From assembly GCF_006345805.1 (NCBI RefSeq), contig NC_043000.1:87048001-87112000 (forward strand): a DNA stretch of 64,000 nt, read 5' to 3'. Below are positions 42,160 through 55,936 of this stretch, piece after piece. Each line of letters opens with the position of its first letter. The first letter of the stretch is position 1. The DNA is from Octopus sinensis (taxonomy: Eukaryota). Below the pieces are notes generated by a model that was not told the DNA's origin, searched no databases, and saw only the letters and a list, made by a program, of their open reading frames with translations. The translations under genes and the position numbers were made by a program.

Positions 42160-42925
42160 TGGAAATCTCTTGAGCGTATCATTTTTAATATTTGTATATG
42201 TATTTGTGTTATTCTAAGGCCGTGGTGGATATGTCGTTTGTTGTAGACGCGTTCAAAAGGGGTCTGTATTTTATAATAAAGAGTCTCTTTACTAATCCGT
42301 TTGCTACAGGTTGTATCGTCCCTGAATTAGTAGAGGTGAAAATTCTGAAGCATGGATTTTTGTTATTAGCGCAAATGTCTATGTGTTGGCTGAATGCTAT
42401 TTTTCTGTTTTTGGGAATTTTGATCTGTGATCTGTGCAGAGCCATTATTTTACGTAGACTGTCTTTTTGTTTGGCCTATGTACTGCTCTTGACACCTAGA
42501 GCAGGTTAGTGCGTAAATCAGGTTCTCCGAAGCACATGTGAAGTTACTTTTCACTGTGAAACGTTGTCCCTGTTTGAAGGAGAACTCTGATCCTTCAATT
42601 AAATTGACGAATATCCCACAGTTGGGTCTTCCGCATTTTTTACTGACTGCTTCTGTGTTGTTGCTGGGCGTATTCGGGCTTGTGTTAGGAGACTTTTCAT
42701 AGATTTGGGCTGTCACTTGCTTTTTATGATGGTGTGTGTTTGGAGTTCATTCTGTGATCCTTTTTTAGCAGGGGAATGTTTTGAAGGATGGTGTCAAAGG
42801 CTTCATTGTTGAGAGAGTTGTGTGTGGGATGTATGATAGGGCTTTTGATTGTAAATCCTTCTTTAATTTGGGATGTCTGAGTTCGTGCATGTTGAGTTGG
42901 AGGGCACGTTCCTTTTCAAACTTCT
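42160..42925 (-). mobile_element. Penelope-like element 3' part with GIY-YIG endonuclease
   Basis: KCGRPNCGI, FTCASENLIYALTCSRCQEQYIGQTKR, LHRSQI, LFIIKYRPLLN. Confidence 0.9.
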
Positions 42926-42937
42926 ACAACACACACA

Positions 42938-42982
<45 letters not shown>

Positions 42983-44324
42983 ATTGTCGTCGAGCCAGTC
43001 CCTTGCTACTCTGAGTTTCACCTTTAGGTTGAAGATTCTGTGCACATACAAGTGAAATCTAGAGTAGCATGAGATTGATTTCGACAAAAATAAAATGTAT
43101 TATTATCGCTACTATGGAAGTGACCACTCTATTCTCCGACGGCTATCATTAAACATTATGATCTGTAAATTGAAATAACCAGAATGTGAGGATTGAAAAC
43201 AAAGAATCCCTATAATAAAAATATGTACTCTGGGCTTTGTCAATGATTAAAAATGATGCAGACAAAAACATAGCCAAATTCCTAGGCCTAGAAATATATG
43301 TTCTATATAGCAAATAACATTAATAAGCACTGAACATATATTGAGTAGTATGATTTTGACAATTGAAAACGCAAAAACAAATCAAAACAAAACACTGCGC
43401 ATATCCAAGACACTCAGAGCTGTGAGCAGTAATGCAGTGGAAGCACGCAGTAAAATGTAAGATTAGAGAAAAATGATGATGATTATAAATCGTTTTAGAG
43501 ACGAATTAATGTGTTATTTTGAATATGTTTAGAAGCCGCTGCATGAGGTCTTGAGTGTATGGAGGCATAAGTATTTGTGTGTGTGAGTACAGGCATGAAC
43601 ACACTCACACACACACAAACATACATAACCACATATATACAAATATGCATAACCACGCACATATAAACATACATAATCAAACAAGCAAACATACATAATG
43701 GCATATATATACATACAAACATAACCACATATAAACAAACATACATGATGACACATATATATAAACATACATACAAATAGCATATATGTACAACCACACA
43801 CAAACATATATAATCGCACATATGTATTCTTTGATATTTGTTTTGTTTACAGCAAAAGTCTTGCAGTCGTGCAGAGGTAATATATGTATATAAAAACCTG
43901 TTTTAGAACATATTTAGAATAAAATAAAGACTGCTATAAAACGCTTTTAGTTTACCTATTAAGAATCACAAATGTGGTACCACACAATTTGTCAGTACTG
44001 CCCGTACTCCCATCACCAGAAGTCCTTACTATAGATGCAAAGGAAAATATATATTTAAAGAGAATTCACGAGTGTATTTGTGTGATAAATGCGTTCCTGA
44101 ATACATGCAAATTTGTGACTGTAGCCACGCTGGAGCAATGCACTCTAGAGTTAAGACGAATAGCTCTGTACTTACTTCAGTCTGGTTTTTAATGTATCAA
44201 TATCTGTTTGATGAAACGCTAACTTACAGAACATAGAGAGATGCAACACAAACAACACCACCATTTTGAGAGTTAAAGACTTGAACACAAATCAAGACAC
44301 AGATATACACAATTACGCATACAA

Positions 44325-44470
44325 CCGGCTTCTGCACAGTTTCTTTTTACCAAATGCCATTCACAAGTATTAGTCAGTTGGAAGCCATAGTAGAAAATAC
44401 TTGACCAACGTGTATCGCAATGAGATTGAACCCAGAACTATGTGTTGCTAAGAGAACTTCTTAACTACAA
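44325..44470 (-). mobile_element. SINE (type F) head, decayed
   Basis: CAGTTTC...CCAAATGCCATTCACAAG...TGAACCCAGAACTATGTG. Confidence 0.6.
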
Positions 44471-45390
44471 AACAGTTGCCAGACTTTCTTGAATATTTAG
44501 GCGCTAATGTGTAACTACTTTTGAATTTCCAGTTGTTGAGGATTGCAAAAGAATTTTCATTCATGTGTTTAAATTACATATGTGCATATTTACAGAGGTT
44601 GACATTTACACACACACACACATACACACACACACGCACACACACATGTCTGAGGCATGTGTACCTTATACCTTGAATCGACATTTTTCTTTATCCTTAA
44701 CAAAAGCAACATCCAGTAAAAATGCATCTAGATCGTGTATCATTGATCATCTAGGAGATGCAAAAATAGCCATATATGCATTTGCTACCGATTATTACTG
44801 TAATATTTATAGAAATAACACTATGAGAACTTGTTTTTAAAGAAAGTCGTGCAACACATTGTGGGTACTCATAACTTCTAGACGTTTTAGACTATTGTGG
44901 CGACAAGGATGTCGGCGACGATGACGATGGCGATGATGATAATAATATTTTTACCTCCTCCCCACGCCACAAAAAATAAAAAAGGTAAACTAACAAAAAG
45001 CACATCTTCATGAAAAACGCATCTAACGTATTTGTTAAAAGAATCAGATCAATTTAGTCTCCTGTGGGAAGCATGGATCCAAACAACAGCAAACAATCGC
45101 AATTGTTGGTAATTACTAAAGAAACGTGAAATGTGTCAGAAGGTTTTTATAAGTCTGTCATCTGCGTTTTATACCTTTCTACTATCATTTTTATACACAA
45201 AAGAAAGCATTTTACTTAGTTATCTGTAATGGGTATGGAGGAACAGCTCTTTGTTGTTCTACCAAGTACAGCGAAGACACAATGGTGATGGGATTCATGC
45301 AGCTGTGCCGAATATTTATTTAAAAGCTCAACATATACATTAGTTTTTGTTTGTTCAGTATTTGTTGAGCTAACTCTTGTCCTTATCATC

Positions 45391-45445
45391 ATGAAGAATC
45401 AACGAATATTAATCACTTTTCTAGGAATGTTATATTTTATAACAG
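45391..45445 (+). CDS. candidate first coding exon encoding a signal peptide (MKNQRILITFLGMLYFIT + phase-1 intron)
   Basis: Acceptor TTTTTGTTTGTTCAG at 45344-45358, ATCATCATGA start context, basic n-region plus hydrophobic h-region, donor ACAG|GTATGT. No downstream exon was identified. Confidence 0.35.
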
Positions 45446-46913
45446 GTATGTCAAAAATATTTAGTTATCCACTATTTTTTTCTTGTTTTGAAATTGGTTG
45501 TCCACCATTTGTCACAATTCTATTTAACAAATCTCCAATCTGAACAGTATCAGTTTAGTTTCTGATCAATGAAATATTATCTGTAATATTTCACGGTCTA
45601 CAGTGGAGAACGCTAGGAATACCAGAAACAGAAAATTTCATTGAGTTTTGATTTTTAAATAATAAAAGTTTCTGGTGGAAGGAAGTAATCGGTGAGTAAT
45701 CGTATAAAAGCAAATGATGTGGGGAGAATCAAAAGAAATAATTTTATAAAGTAAAGTTAGATTAAAATCCCAAGCGAAATTTAAATTCAATATAACAGTT
45801 AAGATTTCAATACAATGTTAGAAAATATCAATTCTCGATCCTTATTGCTGCATAATAAAAACATCATAAAAACTTTATAAAGGGGAACTTAAAATATAAA
45901 ATAAATCAATAAAATGAATCGAAAATTTCATTTTTAAATGAAATTCATCATCAGTTGAAGTTCCTCTCTCCCCAAACACTATTATTATGAAATGACTAAA
46001 CTACATATTAATCCTCAATTGTTTGCACTTTGCAATAATAAATATATATACCAATATGATCGCATTCTCTCCCTACTAGTAGTTTATAATTCTCACATAT
46101 TTAATTAATCCTTGGTCGACCGGGTTCAAACCTGTTTTTTTATCCCAAGGGGATAAACGAAACAAATATGAGTAAGATGCAGGCCGAAAGCCAATATAGG
46201 CACCTACGAAAGAAAAAAATTAAACATTACGTCTAACATATTAATTTTTAACATTTTATATTGGATTTCTTAAAAAAATATGGATGTATTATGGCGAGCT
46301 TCGTATATAGGTGGCAATTGCCATATAGTAAGTTCCATATGGTTGGTGGCAAGCGCCTGGTCAACCGACACTATGATTAATTTGAATCCTGAGTATCTAT
46401 TATTCTACTTAGTATATTGATGTCATTGGAGAAGGTTTATACACTTCTCTTTCCCTACACTCTGAATCAATGACGATGATCTCTTATCAAATAACTGACT
46501 CTATTACATGAGTGAATGTGATAAATACGTACAGCTGCCCCTCAGTTCACAAGATAGGTTGGTTCTGCGAATCACCATATAAATCGAACTCGTAAAAAGC
46601 GATGGAAATAAGCTTCTAATGATATTAATAAAAACACAAACGTGAAATAGTTATTTGTTGAAATGAATATTATAAATATGATTATCGTGTATCGTAATAT
46701 TGGGTTTTATCTTCTACCCAAAATAATAGAGCTTTTACCCGTTGTTTCTATAATGTTACTATGTATGTATGATTTATGCATTAAGGTTACTGAAGATCAA
46801 GCAATTATTCTGGCTCTCGTGCTTAAGACCGTTTTATCAGTTACTTAGTTTATAATAAATTGTTTCGTAGTTTCCATCAAACGCTTTCCAACGTCGAAAA
46901 TATTTAACAAAAT

Positions 46914-46940
46914 GTATATATATATATATACATACATACA

Positions 46941-46976
<36 letters not shown>

Positions 46977-46978
46977 TA

Positions 46979-47025
<47 letters not shown>

Positions 47026-47066
47026 TATATATATATGTATATATATATGTGTGTATGTATATATAT

Positions 47067-47120
<54 letters not shown>

Positions 47121-47148
47121 TATATATATATGTATATATATATGTGTG

Positions 47149-47182
<34 letters not shown>
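46914..47182. repeat. (TACA)n/(TA)n microsatellite
   Basis: Direct reading. Confidence 0.95.
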
Positions 47183-47185
<3 letters not shown>

Positions 47186-47329
47186 TAACTTAAGTGTATG
47201 TTGAGATCGTGGTATAAGTCACCATCGAAGAAGTGAAGCAAAAGTAAAATGAAAAGTTGCTGAGAAGTTGAGATGGAAATAACTAAATGGTGATTCTATA
47301 TAGTAAAGTAAAAACAACAACAAAAACGA

Positions 47330-47800
47330 CCCGAGCCCAAAACAAAATCCTAAAGTTCTTTCGATTCTTCGCAGCGTAATGGTTATATGACACTTTCCCA
47401 ATTCTTTACACAGTATTTTTTTTTGCATTTTCGTTAAACTCTGCAAAGTCTTTCGAAATGCAGGTGTTCGATAGTAGAGGGTAGATGAGGTAGTGTTCCT
47501 TAATATTGTTTGATTCTCTACATTCACATATGGTTGAGTTGATCTTACATCCCCATCTAACCAAAGTCACTTTTGATTGCCCTGTTCTCGCTCTCAGGCG
47601 ATTTAATGCCTTCCGTTGTATCCATGGTTCTTCAATTGGGGAATTCTTATGTCGATTGGAGGAGAGGTGTTCTCAAGCCTTTAATTCCAGAGCTGAAATC
47701 TGTTTTTTTCTTTCCCTGATATGCTTAGCGGCTAGGCAAGAACGAGGAAGTTTCTTTGTGACTTCAGTCATTGGACTACAGAAAAACCGTGTAAACTGAG
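47330..47800 (-). mobile_element. LINE 3' fragment (Ingi/Vingi/I-like)
   Basis: ALNRLRARTGQSKVTLVRWG...CECRE...EHYLIYP...DFAEFN resembles the NRLR.G.GR.....WG...C.CG...HL..CP C-terminus. Confidence 0.55.
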
Positions 47801-50800
47801 TACCGTATGAACCGAGGAAAACAATATTTGCTTCTTTTTTTAAATGGTTTAGTCAGAGAAGAAAACTGACTGTTTTAGGAAGGAGCTTGATTGGTGGGAA
47901 AGGAAAGGAAATTATATTCAAGCCGAAGACCTACGCTAGACGCTTGCAATAGAGTGGGACTCGATAAAGACGCCAAAGAACGAGGCGGTAGAATTAAACC
48001 AGGCTAAGGATTAAGGCTACCACCTAACAATGGGAACACTTAGTAGTCTTTGTCTACCGAATTTCACTCACAAAGCTTTCGTCGGTCCAAGCCTGTGGCT
48101 GGAGACACTTGTCTGTTTCCGCGCATTGAGAACGAACCTGGAACCACAAGTTGGGAACAGAACTCCTTGACACTGTTTTAAACACGTTAGTACTGCAGGA
48201 TACGATTAAGGCCGTGCATTGGCAGAATAGTAAAGGTGACGGACAAAATTTCTTACAGAATTTATTTCGGTTTTTATGTTCCAGGTTCAAAATTCACGGT
48301 TGTCAACATTGTATTCCATTCCTCCAGGATCAGTGAAATAACGTATCATACAACTACTGGAATTCGTATAATCAACTTTTTCTTGCATCCGATTAAATTC
48401 AGGACCTTGTACAAATATAAGACATTATAAAGGGCAGTTGATTGGCAGAATCGTTAGAGTCGCGGATAGTGATACTTACAGCTCTTTATATTCTGAATTC
48501 CAATTTCACTGAGGTTAAATTTGCCTTTGATACTTTCGGTTTTGATAAAATGAAGCACCAGTAAAATACAGGAGTCCACATTACCTAGTGTTCCCTTCTT
48601 CCTTAATTTGGAGCTTTGTGCCTATGTGAGAAACGTTATTATTGATACTATTCATCCGGACATCATTTCCATTTGGACTAATACTATTCATCCGAGCATC
48701 ATTTGGATAGAAAATTTGTTTCGCATTCCTGATGTTATCTTCAATTTAAAAAAAAAATATTTGAAGTGACACATTTAATTATTTCCCATAATAAAATTAT
48801 TCAATCACCAAGCTTGTAACATCGAAATAGCATAAAGTGATTCTTTGATAATTACGCAGTTAATAGAAAAATATGTTCTTTGGTTGCCTCTAATCAAGTA
48901 GATCCTACAACTCGAAGTATTTCATAAATATTTTAATAATAATTGATCACCTAACATAGCTGCAAGTCGACACGTGATTCTTTATGAGGTTGCTTGTCCT
49001 GCTACAAATACCGCTGAAGTCTCTCTCAAACAATATCGTTGTTAAACAAAAGCGGGAGACAATGGATAATGTAGTGCATTGCTTGAATAAAAAGGTCGGG
49101 ATGATCTCGGTTACAATGGCTTTTATCACTAGTCTACTTGATCAGAATTGATCAACATTAACCGCAACACTAAAAGCAAAGTTTTGCAAGACTTTCGAAT
49201 GCTAACAATGATTATTAACAACCAAATCGTTTCCATTGTGTCATAAATATATCTTCGATTTTGTAACAACGAAAGAAAACAAAATAAAAATGTTATAGTT
49301 CATATGCTTACTATTTTGGAGATATAATAACATTAAAAGTTGAAACAAAAGAAAACAAAACAAGAACAAGCATTTAAAAGACATGATATACACCCATTGA
49401 AGAAGCTACCGATAGGTATAGTGAAAAATATTTTCGAGGATATATAAATCAACAGCAACTGCTTTGGGGAAAGGAAAGGAAGTGAATTATAGACAAACAA
49501 CAATAGGAGAGTGTGTTTACGACTGTCCCCAAATATAACAGTATAAACATTCCATCTCTAAGGTATATAGTCCGTACATCTTCTCAAGTACAAATTAAAG
49601 TAACTTCGGAACAAAATAATATAATTTCGGAACAAATTAAGATAGCCCTGAAAAAAATTAAAATAATCACCGAGCTATAATTAAAGACTCCCTTCAAACC
49701 ATTTATCCGATGGTTTTTAACTCACGAATCCTAAATTATAGTTTAATTTTCAACGACAATATTTTGTAATAAGTATCAAAACATCTTTTATGAATTTATG
49801 GCAAACTTCTGTCTGGAAATATAAAACATAGTTACTGTGATTGTAAACGCATTTACCACTGTGAAATCATTCTTCTATAACGACTTGCTAGAATTTGTTG
49901 TAGCACATCAATCAATCCATATGGTGAATCTAAACATTGGCAAAAATTCATCATATTAATTGTTGGTATCCATTTAGCATATTCAATATATTAAATACAT
50001 TCATAATCTATCTTTGATATAATTATGATCTATCTTCTTGACGTTGTCAAAAACACTTCCGCTGTGCAAACGTAATGCATGATTTTTGCGCACATAATTA
50101 TATTCTCTTCTCTCCTTAACGCTATGAGCAGCAGCAATGGCTCGCCAATTTTCTCATTTAGCGAGCAGTACACGCATATGAATTTCAAATGCAGACTTCG
50201 CATGTGGCCACCGCTTGCTTCTATGTTTTGACTTCTCAGAAAATAGCAGTAATTGTAGCTTAATACAAGCTTTGCGACTGACTTTGTCATTCGTAAGTGA
50301 ACATAGTATTGTAGGCCAAAGTCAAATAAAATGAATTCAGATTTAAAAAGCATCAACGTATGTTCATACAATTCAAAATATAAGCATCTATTTAAAGTAT
50401 TTAATTTACTCTAAGATTATTTTAACTTGCTCTGAATTTACTTTAATTTTGCTTCTTGGTTATTATAATTTGTATCTAAAAAAACAAAACAAACATATAG
50501 TATTGGTGCTCCTTTTCTCCAATAGAAAATTAACAAGTTCGAACTGAGATTGTTTTTATTTTTTACAATATTAAGAAATATGGCGATCGGATGACGAAAG
50601 ATAAATCGCCAAAGTAGCGAAGCGCGTGACGTACTAAGGAGAGAGAAGGGGAGAAAGAAAGAGAGAGAAAAGAAGGGACAGTTTTGATAATCATCAACCA
50701 TAGATTATGTAAACTTAAGAATACCTACAGAAATGTTTCTCTAAAGAGATTATCAACTATAAAATGTATGTGGAAGCTTTCATAATCATTTATATTTTAA

Positions 50801-51041
50801 TTATTTTTATCACACATTGACAAATATTAATAATATAATCACGAATAAGTATTAGTTAAGTATCTAAAACATTTCGGAGACGTTCTAACATTTGTCTTAC
50901 AAAAGAATTATCATGAATGCTCCCATAACTTTTAGATGGCATTATTTTAAATCTGCCATGAGGAGATTTTATTGACAAGATTAGACAATACTTATCTTCT
51001 TAGATTTCTTCTGCTAATAATTGTAAAGAATTGTTGTAATT

Positions 51042-51759
51042 GTCTTTGTACAGTCCAGCCAGGATCATGACAAGAATCATTTTAACTACAATAAGAACGA
51101 GAGAACGAAAGAGGGGGAGAGAGAAAAATTGGGAGCGAGAGAATGAGGGAAGGAGAAAAAGAGGAAGAGAGAATGAGGGAGGGAGAGAAAGAGGAAAAGA
51201 GAGAAGCATACATTCATACGCACATACACATCATATATACATATGCATACATATATGTATGTATATATAACTAGCACTACGTCGATTACGACTTCGAGGG
51301 TTCCAGCCTGCTCGTAAAATTAACGTGCGAGTGGCTGAGTACTCCAGCAGACACACGTACCCATAACGTAGTTCTCAGGGAGATTCAGCGTGACACAGAA
51401 TGTGACAAGGCTGGCCCTTTGAAATACCGATACTACTAATTTTTTTGCCGGCTGAGAGGACTGGAGCAATGTGAAATAAAGTGTCTTGCTCAAGGACACG
51501 ATGCGCCGCCGGTTTTCGAACTCACAACCTTACGATCGTGAACTGAATATCCTAATCACTAGGCCACGTATGTGTGTATGAGTATATATCTCTCTCTTTC
51601 CTCTTTCTCTCCATCCCTCATTCTCTTCCTCTTTTCTCCCTCCCTCATTAGCTCTCCTTATTTTTTCCCTCCCTCATTCTCACTCTCCTAATCTTTCTCT
51701 CTCCCCCTCTCACGTCCTTATTGTAGTAAAATGATTCTAGTTATGATCTGTATAAAGAC
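51042..51759. repeat. ~190-bp imperfect inverted repeat (51042-51228 / 51570-51759) enclosing a SINE
   Basis: AGAATCATTTT.ACTACAATAAG...GAGGGGGAGAGAGAAA...GAGAATGAGGGA matched to its reverse complement. Confidence 0.85.
51280..51568 (-). mobile_element. tRNA-derived SINE (type D)
   Basis: Minus head CGTGGCCTAGTGATTAGG...GTTCGAAAACC, core GTGTCCTTGAGCAAGACACTTT. Confidence 0.8.
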
Positions 51760-51828
51760 AAACATAAAATCACGTTAATGATTATTATTAGGTAGTCAGC
51801 ATGGAATGAAAATTTATATGTAATTTAT

Positions 51829-51865
<37 letters not shown>

Positions 51866-52035
51866 GTTAAGGAGAATTTCAGATAGGTTCATCAATTTAT
51901 TTATACATATATTCTGCCATAGATCAATGCATATTAGTCTTTAAAATATACCAATGTATCAGTCGTTAAAATATTAAAACATTAAAAATTCATGAATACA
52001 CACATATATAAAAAATCTAATATACATATATAAAA

Positions 52036-52290
52036 TGTGGAGGCGCGTGGCTTAGTGGTTAGAGGTGTCAGCACCATGATCGTAAGATTGTGGTTTCGAT
52101 TCCTTGACCGGGCGACGCGTTGTGTTCCTCAGCAAAACACTTCTTTTCACGCTGCTCCAGTCCACTCAGCTGGCAAAAGTGAGTAGCGCTGTGATGGACT
52201 GGCGTCCCGTCCAGCTGGGGAACGCATACGCCATAGAAACCGGGAAACCGGGCCCATGAGCCTGGCTAGGCTTTAAAAGGACGCATTTAT
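52036..52290 (+). mobile_element. tRNA-derived SINE (type C)
   Basis: TGTGGAGGCGCGTGGCTTAGTGGTTAGA...GTTTCGATTCC, with a core shared with type D. Confidence 0.8.
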
Positions 52291-53255
52291 TATTTTTATA
52301 CATATATAAATAGATGAGTGTAAATAGGTTAGAACGGCGTTGTAAAAATTATCAAGAATAAAAGTATGCCCTTACAAAAAGGTGAATAAAGTAAAGTCTC
52401 TCGAAGAGCGAATAAGAAAAACAACGTAGCGATGAGACTGGAATATTTAAAAAAAACATGTAAATAATCCGAGAGAATAAGTAATGTTGTTAAGGAAAAA
52501 TGTCGATGGTAATCCTTTTACGAGGTCGACTTTGCCTTTCATCCTTTCGGGGCGATTAAATAAGTACCAGTTACGCACTGGGATCGATATAATTGACTTA
52601 ATTGACCCTCCCCAACCAATCTAATCAGACCAAAAAAATCAAAATTTAGGAAGCGTGAAATAATATGGTTTGCCCCGCCCTTCATTCTTCAGGTCAAATC
52701 TTTACCCAAATTGTTTTTTAAGATACCGAAAGAAAATTTTCCTAAAAATCATTATAAATATTATCTCATTTTTCATAAATCATCTGTGAAATTATCGTAC
52801 ACAACTACGAATTTACGTTCGATCATAGCTTCCATCAATAGATCTAAACTCAGACTTAGGAAATCTACCCGCACAAATCGTTCTAATGAACTCCATAACC
52901 CCCAAACTGACACTAGCTCTAACGAAAACATTACGCCATGTTAACCCCTCACAGTAGAGAATGACTTAACACCTAATAACCGGAGAATTAATATCGATGC
53001 GGGGGTGGGGAACATGTAATTGTCGATTAAAGGAGTCGTGTCCGTTAGGCGGTTCTTTACGTAATGATGTAGTGTATAGGTACTATGTAGAAATCCCTGC
53101 TACACAGAGGATAAGAATTTAAATAGGAAGCACTATAGACTTTAAACGTCGATACAGGGCCAATTTGAACTCTTCTACTAACGCAAAATATAAATCTTCT
53201 ACAACGCTAGCTTCGTAAATACAAGTCATTTTCGACTCTCACCATATTCAACTGA

Positions 53256-53312
<57 letters not shown>

Positions 53313-53319
53313 ATTATTA

Positions 53320-54731
53320 ATTAAATATATAAATTGCATATCAATTTTTATTCCATGCTGACTCTCTGATAATAATCATTAACCTGGTTTTATCCTTATT
53401 TTATGAATAAATAAATAAATAAATAAATAAAAAAAATATTATTATAATATTTTTACTTCTGATCAAAACCGCATTTTCTGCGGTGCTCTTTTGATATAAA
53501 TACACGTGGTTCTCGTGAAAAAATTTTAATCTGGCTTTCCTCGGATTTATACAGGCAAGTGTTTGTATGTAGACGTACAAACTCGATTTGTTATGAGTAT
53601 GTATTAGCACTTGTTTGTATATATTTTTATATGCATTGCGCTGACGATAGAAAAATGTCTATTTATGGCTTTAATCTAGAAATTAGCAAATTCGCAATTA
53701 ATGTTGCAGACTTTTGAAAATATTTTTCACTCGCCCGATTACAACCTCATGTATACGGAGTTTTCCCCGGTAGTTTGTAATGCTTCGACATTCATTTAGC
53801 ATGGAGGAGAGAAGTCATTTTCGACTCTCTCCCTTAATATATATATATGTATATCCTTATTAGTCTAATATATAATTGTATATAAATTTATATTCCACTC
53901 CGACTACCTGATAATAATCACTAACGTGATTTCATCCTTATGTTATGAATATATATATATGCATGTATGCATGCATATCAAGTGGCCAGCATGGGAATAA
54001 AAACATTCAAAGGTAATAATTATTATTAAATATATAAATTGCATATCAATTTTTATTCCATGCTGACTCTCTGATAATAATCATTAACCTGGTTTTATCC
54101 TTATTTTATGAATAAATAAATAAATAAATAAAAAAAATATTATTATAATATTTTTACTTCTGATCAAAACCGCATTTTCTGCGGTGCTCTTTTGATATAA
54201 ATACACGTGGTTCTCGTGAAAAAATTTTAATCTGGCTTTCCTCGGATTTATACAGGCAAGTGTTTGTATGTAGACGTACAAACTCGATTTGTTATGAGTA
54301 TGTATTAGCACTTGTTTGTATATATTTTTATATGCATTGCGCTGACGATAGAAAAATGTCTATTTATGGCTTTAATCTAGAAATTAGCAAATTCGCAATT
54401 AATGTTGCAGACTTTTGAAAATATTTTTCACTCGCCCGATTACAACCTCATGTATACGGAGTTTTCCCCGGTAGTTTGTAATGCTTCGACATTCATTTAG
54501 CATGGAGGAGAGAAGTCATTTTCGACTCTCTCCCTTAATATATATATATGTATATCCTTATTAGTCTAATATATAAATTGTATATAAATTTATATTCCAC
54601 TCCGACTACCTGATAATAATCACTAACGTGATTTCATCCTTATGTTATGAATATATATATATGCATGTATGCATGCATATCAAGTGGCCAGCATGGGAAT
54701 AAAAACATTCAAAGGTAATAATTATTATTAA
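53320..54731 (+). repeat. near-identical tandem duplication, unit ~702-705 bp
   Basis: Copies differ, as far as read, by one AAAT unit and a single-A indel. Confidence 0.95.
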
Positions 54732-54964
54732 AATTATAATTTAGGGTATCCAAGAGATACCACAACACTTGAAATAGCAGCCAAAACCTGACTCTAAAAC
54801 CACATTAAAAGTTCGTACATCTCTAGGAGAGAAGACAAAAAGACAAAATAAACTAGCAAAAATAATTACTGAATAATTCCAGATCCCGGATTTCTGACTC
54901 TGCATAAGAAATGCTTTGCCACATCAGTGGAATATACACAGCACATAAATACAAATATATATAT

Positions 54965-55013
<49 letters not shown>

Positions 55014-55041
55014 CATACGAATACTTACATATCTAAATTAT

Positions 55042-55091
<50 letters not shown>

Positions 55092-55380
55092 GCTCTATCA
55101 CATGAAACACGGTCCTTACTTGATTTTCTGTGATAAGTAGTATTTACCATTTGGTGCTCGAGTCATTTGGATCATGTACTTTTAAAGTCACAAAATCTCT
55201 AAGGAGAAGATAATCCCCGAGTAAGATAGATAGAAAGCACCGTTCTACGCTTATATACATGTGCGTGATATAAATGATCTAACATCACTATTTTGAACTC
55301 TGCTGTGTCAACTTTGTATACTGATATATACATACATACATGCATACACACATACATACATAGACACATACATACATACA

Positions 55381-55413
<33 letters not shown>

Positions 55414-55668
55414 GTTGTTCAAACGATGAATAGTTTGCGTAAACTATTGGTTCGTTTTGTTCTCTTACTTTATTATCATCTTATAATCATCTCATAATAA
55501 TGACTTTTATGACTCGTATTACTACCTCAGTCAATCTAAATGTATGTATTTGTCGTTACCTGTCATAAATAGCCTTTTTCTATTTGCAATATGCATTTTC
55601 ATTGATTTTTCATATTTTACCCTTACACTTCCATGTGTATTTTATATTTTCTTTTCGTAACATATTTC

Positions 55669-55752
<84 letters not shown>

Positions 55753-55874
55753 ATCAAAACAGTTTGATTTAAATTCGTCGGTACACTTGAGTTTCAAGCG
55801 CGATGCTAGTCTTCAGCTATTTTGAATTTGTTGACTGCCCTTCTTTCGTTTGTCAACTCCCTCGTATATATATA

Positions 55875-55929
<55 letters not shown>

Positions 55930-55936
55930 ATATATA

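Noticed and set aside
50030-50371. 113-aa minus-strand ORF
   Set aside because: No motif or homology recognised, and the length is compatible with chance.
52692-52944. Acceptor + open frame as the downstream exon of the 45391 candidate
   Set aside because: No recognisable domain or composition, and it sits beside SINE debris. Unsupported.
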